Source: Phoronis australis | Taxonomy: Eukaryota; Animalia; Phoronida | Direction of reading: 5' to 3' | Assembly: GCA_002633005.1 (NCBI GenBank) | Contig: NMRA01000394.1 | Span: 124,001 to 188,000, forward strand | Length of the DNA: 64,000 nucleotides | Shown: positions 40,881-54,572 of the stretch, piece by piece | Numbering within the stretch: the stretch's first letter is position 1 | Layout of the letters: each line of letters begins with the position of its first letter | The notes under the pieces: generated by a model | Databases searched by the model: none | What the model saw: only the letters and a program-made list of their open reading frames with translations | Told to the model about the DNA's origin: nothing | Program-made: the position numbers and the translations under genes

Positions 40881-41531
40881 TGATACGCCGTAAAATGTAA
40901 CAATTTCGTAAAATGTAACTCCTCTTACATTGTTTCATTTTACGTTGCTAAGCATGTTTTTATAGTCCGAAAGGCCGACAGTCTGCTTTTGGACTATTGC
41001 CCTTTAAACTATAGATCAACTCCTGTTCAGGTTTGAGCAAAATGATCGTGTCCTTTCAGACCACAAAATATTTTCTATTTCCCCAGCTAGGCATTCCTTT
41101 TTTACGTAGACACGTCACAGTTTGACCTGTTGTTACCAGGTTCCACATCATATGGACAATGTACGGTGTGCATTTTTGACTATACCATCAAACTACTCAT
41201 GTTAAAAAAACATGTAAAGCACATAGGGACACATCTATAAGTTCGACCTGGCACATTTGTAAGAATTTCATTCAGACAATCAGAGAAAGAAGGCATTAAG
41301 TATGTGAACGGTTTTCCTCCGTGTGACAAATATCATGCAAACTCATGAAATATGACGTTGCTTTCGAAATGTTACATTTCTCGCATGTGGATTCGACGTA
41401 AATTGTAACAATTACAAAAATGTTACAACTTGTTACATTTTAGGAGAGTCCTAGCAACGTAAAATGTAACAGTGACGTAAAATGCAACAGTTATTACATT
41501 TTACGAAATTGTTGCATTTCACGGCGTATCA
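40881..41531. mobile_element. MITE with TG...CA ends, ~40-bp TIRs, subterminal cgtaaaatgtaac repeats and a 6-bp TSD
   Basis: atgcac|tgatacgccgtaaaatgtaacaatttcgtaaaatgtaa ... ttacattttacgaaattgttgcatttcacggcgtatca|atgcac. Confidence 0.85.
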
Positions 41532-42039
41532 ATGCACTTAATACATCGTTTGACATCGGGTGCGTCAATGTGTACATTATTTTTAACATATTTATGTATT
41601 ACCAATGTTTGTCTTTCTCTGAGTCTTATTCATTGTGTCGTGAAGTAGTCTTGTTCCGGGATGCGAGTGTCGTGAGCTCTCAAAGCGTATAATGAGTTCC
41701 GTTTCACCGATTCCCGGTTGTTGATCGGATCTGGAGTTGGCTTGTTCTTGTGAAGAATGTGGAGTTTCCTGTTCACGCCACAGCTGTTGTGGTGAAAAAA
41801 CTATCGTGTGTGCAACAAACTTATCTGATCTTATCTTCGGATTATGAAAGGGGCGTATACACCGGGAACATAAAGGGACCCGAGAGTCGTGTTCGAAAAA
41901 AGCTGCCATACAGTCATTATTTCCCATTTATGTTTCGATAGCAACTGCCTGTGGTGCTCGTTTGAAATTGAGTCAATGTAATGACTTGAGGCTGCAAACT
42001 TGACGTCACTGGTGCGTGTGAATTTACACACCAAGGTCC

Positions 42040-43749
42040 AATAGACCCTATTCACGCCGACAGGAGGCGCATTCCAAAACGAGGCTCGCTGCGATAGCTC
42101 TGTTAGCTTATCGGCATAGTTCTGTGTTTCAGACCTTATTGTTCCGCGAACGGCTAAAAAAAATACGGACACGCAACTGTCTGCTTCACAATCTCTAAAG
42201 ACGTTCAGATTCGGAAGCGTTGGGTCGTTGCCGCGACGAAGCAAAATAAGTCCGTGTAAAATTTATAAATGTTTTCGAAAAGTTTGATCATATTTTGTCG
42301 CATGTCGCCAGTTGTTAAGCATCATAGTAACGACCGGAGAATGGGCCACCCAGGCTGTGTTTTCATGACTACAGATTTAGGGGGGGGGGGGCATGGCCCC
42401 CCTAAAATTGTATGAGATCCCATTTTTGAGTTCGGGTGCGAATTGCTGACTAGCACACGTGCGCAATGGGGGGTGAATAAACAACGCATAGGCGCTGAAT
42501 GAACCCCGTTTACCGTTTTTTTTTTTAGTCAACAGGTCCGCAAACCCAAGAATTCAAGACCCCTGAATCCCCAGAGTTTAGGCTGGGCGCGCGCATCTGC
42601 CGAAATGCTGCTTATTCCTGTGCCCTGCCCCCCCTAATTAAAAAACGTGGATCCGCCCCTGCTACGGCCGGTTGAAACATTATAATTTTTCTTTCCAAAA
42701 AGGACAGGGCCCTCAATCCCTCAAATTTGGTGCCCAATATCGGCCCTATTCCCCTCTCAAACATATTGAAATATCACGCGAAATTCAACCCACGAGGCAC
42801 AAAAATTTCCCTAGTGAAAAATCTCTCTTGAGTTCAAATCACCTGTAACCACACACTGTGAGGTGACAATTTTTAAGAGCACAAAAGGCTACTTTAAACT
42901 GAGGCAGAGCCTATGAGAGCTTGCAACAGGGCGGGGGTGTTATTGAGGTAGATTGTTCCCGCCCTCACTCGGCGAAACAATCGCCTCTCAGTAGGCACTG
43001 GCACCGTTCCCCTCGGATGAAAGAGGCTCCTGCAGAAACATGGGTGTTTTAATTTTAAAATTCAACTTGTTCCAGATTGATATTTGAAATCTAACACATG
43101 AAATAGACGTAAGAATTATTACAACCAAGAAAGCATTGATGGTCAAATAATTTTTATTTTCAATTACGAGCCTGGTTTTTTTATTTCAATAAAAATATAT
43201 TTAATAAAATTATTCTTTCAGACCAATGACAAATCAACTGTTAGTCCCAGTGAGTGCATAGGATCAGGCTATGCTTGATGTTAATATTCTTGATCAACAA
43301 ATTAAACCAGATGTGACTAATTGCACATGACAGACACCACAGTCGAATATGTCTTCAACTCGTCAACAATACGAGCAGATGGCCTGGTCCGCGTAGAAAG
43401 TATTTTGATCAACAATTTACAAGAAAAAACGTAACCCTGCATTCAGTATAATACTTAATCCGTAACACTACGATCGCCGCAATTTGGACATATTTACTTT
43501 TCATGTTTCGAACCTAGTTTTCCGAAAAAATTAAGCCCTTTCGTCAGACAACTCTTTGGCGCCTTAACTTGTTCTCTAATGTAATTTTCTACGTCTCTGT
43601 GGTTAATTGTCGACACATCATTAAAATTTAATATCCAGGTTGGACTCGAAAGACCGGCTATTTAACTCACGCAATGTCTGCTTTCGCTTTGTTTTATCGC
43701 AGTGAGCCTCGCTTTGGATCTTAATGGCCGCCGCTTGAATAGGGTCTAT
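42040..43749. mobile_element. Non-autonomous TIR element containing a nested G/C-run hAT-like MITE (~42365-42661)
   Basis: atagaccctattca ... tgaatagggtctat inverted ends. The right part (~43390-43750) recurs at ~54272-54572. Confidence 0.65.
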
Positions 43750-46003
43750 ACTGTTAAGAAACACAGCTGCAGCATGTACGAAATTCACTTTTTGGGTTGT
43801 AGAATTCACCTATTGCGTGTGTGAAATTAGATACAAGATCAAACTGAAAGGTGACGGTCAAAAATAAATAGCGCGCTGGCAGCTAATGCATGCAAGTGCG
43901 TCATCCGAAAGTTGACATTGCATGTTCATACTCACGATACATTTTTCATTGTATGCATTTCGTTGATTCGGTTAGATAATGCTTTTAGATTCTAGCTGCT
44001 GATAAGGTCCTTATAGAGGCGTCGTCTGTGTAAAAAGAAGGGCTCCGAGATGAAGTTTACCTTATGAGAAATAAGTGGAGACCGCTGCTATCTACATGTA
44101 ATTTAAGAAGTTGTGAAGCAAAAATGTAGCTCAAAACACCTTGACTCTCCTTAGCAACAATTTCCATTCGAATGTCAAAGCCGACTGTGCTAAGCCATCA
44201 CCCTGCGGGAACCTAGGATACTGACAAATATAACTTCACAAAAGAAAGGCTTGTTTAGTTACATTGGTGCTAAACATTTATAGTGCAAAGAAGCGAAATT
44301 ATCAAAAGACTGCGCAGTGGGATTTTAAGTACACTCTTTTAGTTTCGTTTTTGTTAAAAATTTCATGAAACGGGTCTTTTTGCAAACCATTTTAATCGAA
44401 ATTTAAGCCCAAACATTTTCCTTTGAACATGTCATCGGTTTTTTTTCAAAATAAACTAAATTTTATAGAGATTATATTAGAGTTTAAGCAGAATTTTAAG
44501 TTTACACACAGTGACACCAAGGAGGTTCAAAATGGAGGGTGAACGCCAGAAGTTCATTTTGTCTCCCGTTGAAAAATTCTGTGGGGCTGAGCGATCGTGA
44601 GATGGCAATTACGACCGTAACGTTCTAATTTAAGTTCAGTTCGAGCTCTAGAATTATCTGCAATCCCAGAAAGCAGTTACACATCGTAAGTAAGTGAAGT
44701 CTTTACTTTATAGCCTAGGTCGCAAACCCCGATCTTATGTTGATTTTCTTGGGTGTTCGAACGCAGATCAGGGACACAACCCGTTGTAAAAGTAACTGTT
44801 GTCCCCCTGGAGAAATTATCTGGCTGGCATGAAGCTTCTGGTTTATGCACTGAATAACGTGCCCCTACGCTGACTTTCAATACAGGCCCGTATGCAGCGT
44901 TGCACAGGGGGTGGTTCGAATTTCTTGAACGGTGGACCATTGATATTATGCAAAAAGTTCCTCAGTTGACGCAGCTTAATACAGAGGAAGGAAAGTTGTA
45001 TACACAACGATGACTCCCAGCTCTATGTTTTTGAGATGAGACGGAATTAGTAATACCAGAGATGAGGATGCCGTGACATTTGCTCGCAACGAGAGGGACT
45101 GAATTCGGATGTAATATGGTCCAAAACGTTCTTGCGTTACTTTCTGCCAAATTTTCAAATCAGACATGCTTAAATGAGTGATTACACCTACTCGGACAGA
45201 AATATTTAGTCGGAGAATAACTTGACGATTTTTTTTTATCTAGATATATTTTTGCGTGTTACATGTACTTAAGTTGCATACGTTCTTGGAAATGGGAACA
45301 CCCCACTACTCACCATTCGGTTCGCCATTACAAAGGTTCACTGCTGCGAAAAGATCAAACGTTTTCAACTGATGTGTAATTTTCACACTTTTTCATGTAA
45401 AAATGAATGATACATACACTTAACGGTGTATTTATACCGAAAACAGCGCCCATGTACCAAAATGTTTTGTTTGGATTTCATGCACCTGCGAAATTGCCCG
45501 CATGCCTTACAAACGTGAAAAATGAGAACGTTATTGCATTATAAAAATATGGAGTGGGAATATTGATGAATTATCAACCACGATACATTCATCAAATCTA
45601 CATGTATATTGAGGCCGCATCATTTCACAGCGCGACTGAAAAGTTTAGGGCCGCTGCGCCTGAACCTCACCCACCGCTGGAGACACGCACACAGCGGATG
45701 TAGTTAGCAGGCTACACTGTCCCTGTCAGTCTTCCCTAAGTCAGTGATACCCATTCAGTGTTCTTAAATTTAAAACCGTTTGTCGCCGTAGCCCTGACCC
45801 GTTCCCTAGGTGTTGTCCATCCTTGAGTATGACTCGTTTATAGATTCAAGTAACATGATTGTGATAAGAACCCAGCTCATTTGTAAATAACAAAACGACT
45901 GTATTAACAATTAGTCAACTTTTGCACACCTTTTAAATGGTTACTAGATGGATACAAATACAATAATTTATCCATGTTTGTTACAACAATCAGAGTAATG
46001 AAC

Positions 46004-46215
46004 TGTGTAGCTCAGTGGTTTGAGGTCAGTGCTCCTGTTTGGGAGACTTGGGTTCGAATCCTGGCTTCATTGGCTGCCAATCGAGCATTGCACAAAAGTG
46101 TCTCCTACTTATCTGAGCCCGGTTTTACTAGTGAATATGTGCAAGGGTGTGAATTAGAACTTGGATATAATGCTAAGCGAGTCCTGGGGCTGTGCTTATA
46201 TTTAAGAAAATATAA
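46004..46215 (+). mobile_element. tRNA-derived SINE
   Basis: A box tagctcagtgg and B box ggttcgaatcc, followed by an unrelated body and an AT-rich tail. Confidence 0.7.
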
Positions 46216-46334
46216 CTGTCAAAGTTCTGGTTTTGGAATTGTGGACATTCAAAGTTGTGAACTTTCGAAGGTGGCGAATCTTCGGAGTAATGGACCTTCA
46301 GAGTAGCAAACCTCCGGAATTGTGGCATCTAACC
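46216..46334. repeat. Degenerate ~15-bp tandem repeat (ttcggaattgtggac-like), probably a MITE subterminal array
   Basis: ttggaattgtggaca / ttcaaagttgtgaac / ttcgaaggtggcgaa / ttcggagtaatggac / ttcagagtagcaaac / tccggaattgtggca. Confidence 0.6.
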
Positions 46335-47789
46335 TTGGAAATCTTTCCCATCAAGTTAGTTGCTCGTATAAAGTCTGCGAGACTGTCAACCATTGCCACT
46401 ATTTCCAAGAGAAGTTGATCAAAGTTTTAATTGGATCTAGACCTACTTTTCCCCAAAATGTGAACGTGCTCGTCGGTGTTTTTTCAGAGCAAACAAACAC
46501 GGTTGTAGTTTAATTCTGGTTTTTGAGCACCGACAGAGGGCTGCCTATAGTTTACTTACCGTCGGCTTCTAATGAATTTAAAAATACGGAAACGCACACA
46601 CGTGTACAGGCACGCAAGTCAATCCACCAATCCATAATTGAATTGGACACTGGATGAAAAAGATACCTGTATTTGAGGAACACTTTCAATTCCAAATTTG
46701 AAAACGCCTGCCCTTTGCCGTACTATGCTAGCAAGCAATATCAGACAATAAACCTATTTTCTGATGATTTGTTTCCTGGTCAATTTTAAGGCATTCACAC
46801 CGCACTGCGACTTTTTTGGAGCTCTCTCGCATCTATATAGCTTATTTCTAGACTCCCCTGTGTCCCTACGGTGCAACCACCACGTGTGTTCAATGCCAAT
46901 GAGTAAAATAAAGCCTCCTCTTAGAAATCGTCTGCACAATCCTGTCATCTACGAAAATACCACTCGGGCGATGTTGGCCGGGTACGGCCCCATGATCACG
47001 TGAAGCGTTTTGAATAAGAAGGCAAATTCCAAATTACTAATTTAGTTATCACTGAAGTACCAGTAGCTGCAACAATTTTGCTGTTGTCCATCTGTATCCT
47101 ACCTTTAAGGGATAGACTGGGACTGGATCTTTCCCGCAGAACGGGGGAGGGTCGTTCGAACCCCTCGACCCCCCCTTGGCTAGGGGTCTGCAATACATGC
47201 AGCTAGGACATTCTCTCCAGGGGGACAATCACTGAACCACGACACCGGGACACAGAGAACATGAGTCACATAGAACCTCGTCGGACGCACAGAATCCTGG
47301 ACACAGATATACAAAGCCAGCCCCGATATGCATAAAACGGGACACATAAAACGCCAGTTCATATAGAGCAAGATGATTAAGTGCAAGTTGGACTACCCTG
47401 AAACAGGTGACAGAAGTTGTCACCATGGTGTCAATTTGCTCTCGTGTTAGTCCTATTAACATAATACTTTCGCTTGATCATCTCGTAAAAGTCATGCCTC
47501 AGGCAAACGACACATATTACAATCGCCCTAATTATCACTGATCACTGCTCGCAGGGTTGCCATTGCTCAAGATTGCGAATTAATGAAGTTATTAACATTT
47601 TCATTTGGAATTATTATTTTATTTTTAAGTTTGCCTCACGACAATGAAGTAGTTATATTAGGTCGTTAAATATAAGCACTATTATTGCTTGGTGAAATCT
47701 GGGAGTAATTAGTCCTAGGTGAAATGAAATTTCTCCAACTCTGTTGCTTTGTCATCAAGTGACGACGACTTTGAGACGGATCGGACTAC

Positions 47790-48870
47790 GAGGAGGGGGG
47801 TCTCCTAGTGGCAATTAATTTTTTTTTACCTGTACCTCTGTATCTTTAAAGGTCGTCAACGGATTTTTGTGAATCTTGGCACTTTAGCATATGTTCAAGT
47901 TAGTGGGATGACGCTATCCTCTTGTTTTCGGAAGAATTCGAGGTATTCTGTGCCACCTAATAATCAGTCTCGCTATTTTCGAATCTGTTTATTGGCGTTC
48001 GCTCCTCTATCAACCAAACCGCTCTTAAAGATGAAGGTGAAAATTGGCATGTATGTTCTCACTATGAAAAGAAAGCCTGACGACAAGTTTCTGATTACTC
48101 CGGTTATTTTGGCGCCTCCTAGTGGCAGCCATAGCTGTATCTCGTAAACAATCTGCAGGAACTCCATTCAACTTAGCAAGTGTATTTATATTAAGTTGTA
48201 AACGCAGGTTGACGACTTTCAGGTAGATGTGTATACTGGTCTGCCCCTTCGTGACAATTTTTGTTTTTTTGTGTTTACCTCTGTATCTTAAAAGGTCCTC
48301 GACTGATTTTGCATAAAATTTGCAATATAGGCATCTATTGGTGACATGACGCTATGTTCATAATTTCGCAAGTATTTGAGGCATTTTGCACCACATAGTG
48401 GTCATTTATGATTTTTGGAATCGTTTTTTGGCATCCTTTCCTCTATTAACCAAACCATTCTATGAATGATTGTGAAACTTGGTGTATCTCTTCTTGGGTA
48501 TGAAGACAACGGTTGACAATGACGACTTTGACTACTGTGGCGTCTCCTAGTAGTATTTTTTGCGCCTGTAGCTTTATGTCCTCAAACCAGTGCAGGATCT
48601 TTATTAAATTTAGCAAGTGTATTCATATCAAGATGAGAACAGACGTTGACAACTTTCAGTGGCAATTTCATTTTTTCGGTCTTCCTTTGTTTATCTGAAG
48701 TTTCTTGGCAGACTTTTATGAAAATTGGTAAATACTTTCTATTAAAGAAACGATGGTATGTGTCCGTTTTCGGATGGCTTTGACGTATTTTGCGCCACCT
48801 GGTGGCCATTTTTATGATACGAATAGACATCGCGAGAAGCACGACGTTTGCGGTGCACAACTGCTTCGAA
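47790..48870. repeat. Diverged tandem repeat (~400-440 bp period) carrying CTCF-like motifs; related inverted copy at ~62900-63900
   Basis: tacctctgtatct(t)taaaggtc at 47833 and 48277, with a weaker third unit at ~48681. Recurrent motif gcgccacctggtggcc and variants. Confidence 0.7.
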
Positions 48871-51800
48871 AGTTTTCATGTGATATTTTTGTAGAACGCT
48901 AATATCGAGTGCTGCTTAAGCGGAAGTTGTTTTTAAAAATGCGGCTCTTACGCATTTCCATCATTTCTCAATTGTGCTGGAGTGCCATAACGGGAACAGG
49001 AAATGACATGAATTTTTGCATGTGGATTCTCGCTCGTCAGTCACCTTCCGGTGGGGCTTACTATATTAATATAGTGTGCTATATTAATATAGTGTCTGGC
49101 CGCCATTCGGCGAGGCACCTATATTAATATAGCTCCGCTTTTTAGGCCACAAATTCAATTTTTGCCTATGTCACTTTAATAAGTTCCAGTCATTTTAAAT
49201 AATAAGCTGTTTAACATTAATTCGACATGCATACTCTGGTCCTAATTAACTTTGCAAGCAAACATTCCGGGACTGACCTAGTTAGTACATGTCACTTTCT
49301 TTCAGCTTGTTTCTGCATTGCTTCCAATGAGAAAATGATTTGACATGTTTGAAGATCTCTGCCTGAACTACATGTGAACAAAGGTTTTGGAAAGTGACAT
49401 ATTTCAATGACGTCACTCTAGATATATTGCCTGTACATAACGATATTTAACCATAAGGTCTCCTAAACATGCCTCCTAAATTTTACTGTCAAAATGCATG
49501 GTGGGTCAGTGTTTTCCGAAGTAAAAAGGGACTAGATGCACTGGATCAGAAATACGACGGACAATAACGGTGGACGCAAATATAGACATCGCGAAAGGTT
49601 TGATGAAACTGAGAGAAATTGCTAATGGATGACGAGAACATAAAAGTCTTGATCAAGGATGCTGAGTTGATGGAAAAGACTAATAAAAGTCTTGACCAAG
49701 GATGCTTGTTCTTTTTTCACTAAATTTTACTTGGCATGACTCTTTATTCTTGATGAATTGAATTAATGGCGAACTTGTCTCCAGAATGTGAGAAACACCT
49801 TTATCTGCAGGAGCAGCAATATTAAACATAGTAGAGTGTCAACACACAAACAACCTACATGTAGAAGGAGGTATTGCAAGATTGAAGATTGATCTCATTG
49901 ATCACAATGCCAGGATTATTTATTCTTTTACAGTACATTGAATAATAAAAACCAAAAAGTATTATGAAGGCTGATAAACAGAAATAAACAAGAACAGCTC
50001 CGAAATACACATGGCAATCACAAGCACCCTTGTAATCGGCTGGCACCTGTCCAATGCTGTTCCGGTACTATTTATGTATTCAAACGTACCGGTATTTCAC
50101 CACCGATCATCATGTAAGTATATGCCCAGCACTGACCCGGTGCCAGCAAAGTATTGACTGTGTATCATTGTAATTTGTGTCCGTATTGTGGTAGCCGTGT
50201 ACCGGTGTGGTGCCAGCCCAGCACCGGACCGTTACTGGTTCGCAGTACTGCTCCGGTAGCATTTCACATGTACCGGCCTGGTGCTCCAGCACCAGATAGG
50301 TGGGAATAATGTGTGCAAACGGTGCTGAAAACTGTACCGTTTTGCTACCCTGTTACGGTACCGAGCTGGTGATGTTCTGTTTGCCATAATGGTAATTGGG
50401 GTACTTTCAGAAGGTGACACCATGTGCTAGTCTAACACTCAACACATACTGCCACCCGGGGGGCCAGTAGGATGAATGTGGTGGGTACATACATGCATAT
50501 TACCACATCTGCAAATGTTGTTGCCGAACAACAGTGTGAGTGTCGAGCGCGTCAATACATGTACATGTGAATGGATGAGCAACATATTACATAGGTAACT
50601 AAAAAAATGGGTAACCGAGACAATGTAGAATGAAAATCCTACTTGAGACAACGTAACCCCCCATCCCGCTCCGTCATCGAATCTTCTGATAACTAAAGCG
50701 AGATGTTATACCACATATATATTATCACCAGGTATGGTACCTCTGAGGTATGGCCCACGAGATGACACCATAAGGGGAAAATGCCTCATCTGGGAAATTT
50801 TCAGGATGAGTACAAATAGCAGCTGATTACTGGGACTGGCTACTCTTATCGCCACCTGGCTATACTAGGAGGTACTTATTCGTGGTATAGCGGAGCACGT
50901 TTGATTTCGGCCCTTTTAGTCTGCATGTAACGAGAGCTGATGTGTTATTTGATGGCCGGTATGGTCGAAATTCATCACGACCTACCTTAACTCTAGCACT
51001 CTCCTCATGAAACCTCTCTTTGAAGACGGCTCTACAACTATTAGCACTAGAACTGGTTACTAAAATTAGTGCTACTTTTATTACTGTCATTATTGTTACC
51101 AGTATAAATACTGTTACAACCGATATCCTTTTTGTCATAATTAATATTTTTCCAATCATTGTTCGCATAATTAGGATTCAATGAATCTTGAAATCATTGA
51201 GAATGAGATTTGCTGCATAATTAATAGCACGGTTCAATATAGTTACTGAATTATTAACATCGTCATCCATATAGTATTTTTGACATTTTCCTTAATTAAT
51301 GTATTCTTGAAAGTGTATAATCTGCGTTGAATTATTTCCTATGGAAATGACATTTATCCCACATGCGTGGAATCAGTCGAGTGCAATACGGCCATGTAAC
51401 AATGCTTCCGTATTCACCTCCCGCACTACTTCAACAGTGACCTCTGACATGCAAGGTTCACAAGGTAAGTCAATGTCGACTCGACGTCGTTAGCCGGTTC
51501 GATCATCAAACTTTCCGAAAATAGTTCAAAGTAATACAATTGCAGCAATGTAAATAACACTCAACATGCAATCAGGTTCCAATGGTAACGTCTGGAACAG
51601 GACTGTTACTTTCATGACAGTTCTGTCTCAGTTTTGAATTACCTGCTAAGTATTACATCGTCTGCAACTCAGGCGCAGATTTCTCAATAACTACAATATG
51701 AAATGTTGTTACTTAATTATTTTCAGGATAAGTAACAAGTTCAATGCACTGTTACCGTTGCTTTCATCTTTGTTATCTCTTTTCAAGTAAAAAATCGTTA

Positions 51801-53530
51801 CACCTGAAAGTGTTTCGTTTCCTAGAAAAAAAATGTAACCTAACGCACAAGTACATACATAAAGAATGTGATCAGCCACATGAACAGTTTGATTGAAGTA
51901 TTTGAAAAATCTGACGGTCTTCGGTATCGGTCGATACGCGGAATAATGTTTTGTGGGTTATTACTTCATCTACATGTACGCCACTCCCGGTACGTTTTGT
52001 GTATATATTCGATGACGTGTTAAATTTAGTTTAAAACTAAAGCGAGGCTTAATGGAATTGGATATGCTTGGCGGAAAGCATGACAAGTAGTCTCAGTGTC
52101 GTAGGAGCAACATGTAATTTTAATGAATCTCGATAATTTTACAAACTCACGCACTTTGTGCCATTTCTCGTCCAATTGAGGTTGAGCAACTAAGATATCA
52201 ACGTATTATCAATGACGAAAACAAACCTAGAAACAGGAGCAAGTTCCCATAAATCAGTTCACTGCAAGTTCATGGCTACGGAGTAAGGCTTCAGGAAAGT
52301 CAAAAACACATTATTAGTTGGACATCCAACATGCAAACTCAAACGACTGGATTTTCCAAATCTAGCTACATACAAGTACAAAACAGCAAGAACGGATCAG
52401 AAATTGAACACCATGTATACAAAATAAGACGAGCACAAACCCAACAAATATTCCATTTTCAAAATGCTTTGGTCAATTAGAGATAGTTTGTTTACTCTAT
52501 GCTCTTCAAACCAGAACTTTGATACCGTCCCACATAGCACACATTTTGTGCCGGACTGGTTGAACCACAGTTGCATAAGTTTTTATTGCGTGTAACTGGT
52601 TCCATTGCTGAAGCCAAAGGCAAACTATTGATATAAACCGGATGGTACTGAAAATTTAGAGTCGTCTCTGCTATTGAGCGGAACTGAAATGCAGTAACAC
52701 ACAGATTCGGAACTGGCTCCTTAACCTTACTCTTAAACATTAATTAAATTTGCAGTGTGCGTCATTAATTTGGGTTTGAGGTACTGATGAATTGCATATA
52801 TATTAAAATTGCCTGAAAGGGTTCAAAATGTCTTTTATACATTCAGTTAATGAAATTTGAAAACTTTATCAAAGGCTCCAATTTTTCTCTTAGAAGAATT
52901 GATCACCAAGTTTGTGCATTGAAAGAAAACAACTACATACATATAACTTTTAACCAAGTCAAATATATAGTTTCTTACAGACGACAGCGTATTCATTTTA
53001 CTAAATCAGGAGCGTAGCGCGGGTGTAGGGCAATCATTATCAAGTTTTCGGTTGTGGAAGTACATGTAGATCAATTGAAATCGGTCAAGAAAAAGCATGC
53101 TCACAAGACATGCATCATCATGATAACACTGGGCCGAAACAACAAAAAAGTGAGACAGTGATAAAAAACAAGGACGGTTATATTAGTCAAGGACGGAAAT
53201 GTTGGGAATTACATGAAATATTACTCTCGATGGTTTTATAAAAAGATTAAAGAGGGGACATGGCTGTAACTGTAGCCGGGATGAGGTTGTACATTAAACT
53301 GGTGTTGATCGGGGATGCAGGAAGAGGTAATCAACTGGAGTTTGATGAGAGAATAACATGTATTGACCTTGTGGAGAAGCTGGTTTGAAGCGGAGTTGAA
53401 AGTAGAGTCGACAGTTGAAAGATTGTCCTTAGATCGTATTTTTCGCTATTTTCCTACTACCACACGTGTTAAAGATATAATAATCAAGTGCACTCACTGA
53501 ACTTTGTTCAAGTTTCGCATAAATGGTTGA

Positions 53531-54572
53531 ATACACCTTTTCACTAAACGCCAACTTCACCCTGTTGTAATAAGCGAATAAGAAATCCAAGTTCATGTTC
53601 CATTTTTCAATGGATCCACACTGAATACAATACCTGATATATACAATAGAAGAGCGAAAACAGCACAGGTCTTCCTGTCAGCTTGTCTCGTCCAACGCAA
53701 CATCTGAAAGCGGAGTGCCGTCGACGGACTCATCAGTAAATTATATTTGCTTTGCCACGCCTTGCAACAGGCTCGTGTTGCACGTAAAACAGACGCGTCG
53801 ATTTTTACTGATTTATTGCAATTCCCTGCAACGTGATACAACGCACTTGATGCAATGCACACTTTGGCAATTGCTGTTTTGATAACAAGAGGCAAATCTA
53901 CACAACAGCAGAACCGCAAAAATTGTGTTGGTGTCTTAAACGACGTGGCACGAATGAATTTCGAAATCTGCATCAAACTCAAACCAATGAGAAGTCAGCC
54001 AGCAAAAATTGAAGAATCGTCTCAATAATACTTTGGTGTTAAATTCATGTTATAAGCAAACAACACATATCACAACCGCCCAAAAGTACAACTAATCACT
54101 GTTGTCAAACTCAAAATTGCAAAGTTATTAACGATTTAAAATGGGGTTGTAATCTAAAAGCTTGCCTTGTGGTAATGTGGTAACTAAGCAGGACATTTCA
54201 GGTCGTTAAGTAAGAACGCTCTCAATATGCCTGTCGTATTTTCTATACACTTGCAGATGAAAAGCACGGTCTCGTAGAAAGCATTTTTATCAACAATTTA
54301 TAAGAAACGTAACCCTGCATTCAGCGTAATACCTAATCCGTAACACTACGATCGCCGCAGTTTGGTCATATTTACTTTTCATGTTTCGAACCTAGTTTTC
54401 CGAAAAAACTACCTTTTCGTCAGACAATTCTTTGGTGCACTGACTTGTTATTTAATATCTATGTTGGACTCGAAAGACCGGCTATTTAACACACGCAATG
54501 TCAACTTCCGCTTTGTTTATCGCAGTGAGCCTCGCTTGGGATTTTATTGTCCGCCGCGTGAATTAGGTCTAT
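53531..54572. mobile_element. Second member of the 42040-43749 family (left boundary tentative)
   Basis: Shared block cgtaaccctgcattcag...cgatcgccgca...tttcgaacctagttttccgaaaaa and end ccgccgcgtgaattaggtctat. Confidence 0.6.

Noticed and set aside
46004-46070. tRNA gene
   Set aside because: A and B boxes are present, but there is no acceptor or anticodon stem pairing; better explained as a SINE head (likewise ~22350-22418 and ~62655-62720).
46216-46334. CRISPR-like or other spacer array
   Set aside because: Short degenerate tandem units with no unique spacers, in a eukaryotic context with no cas genes.
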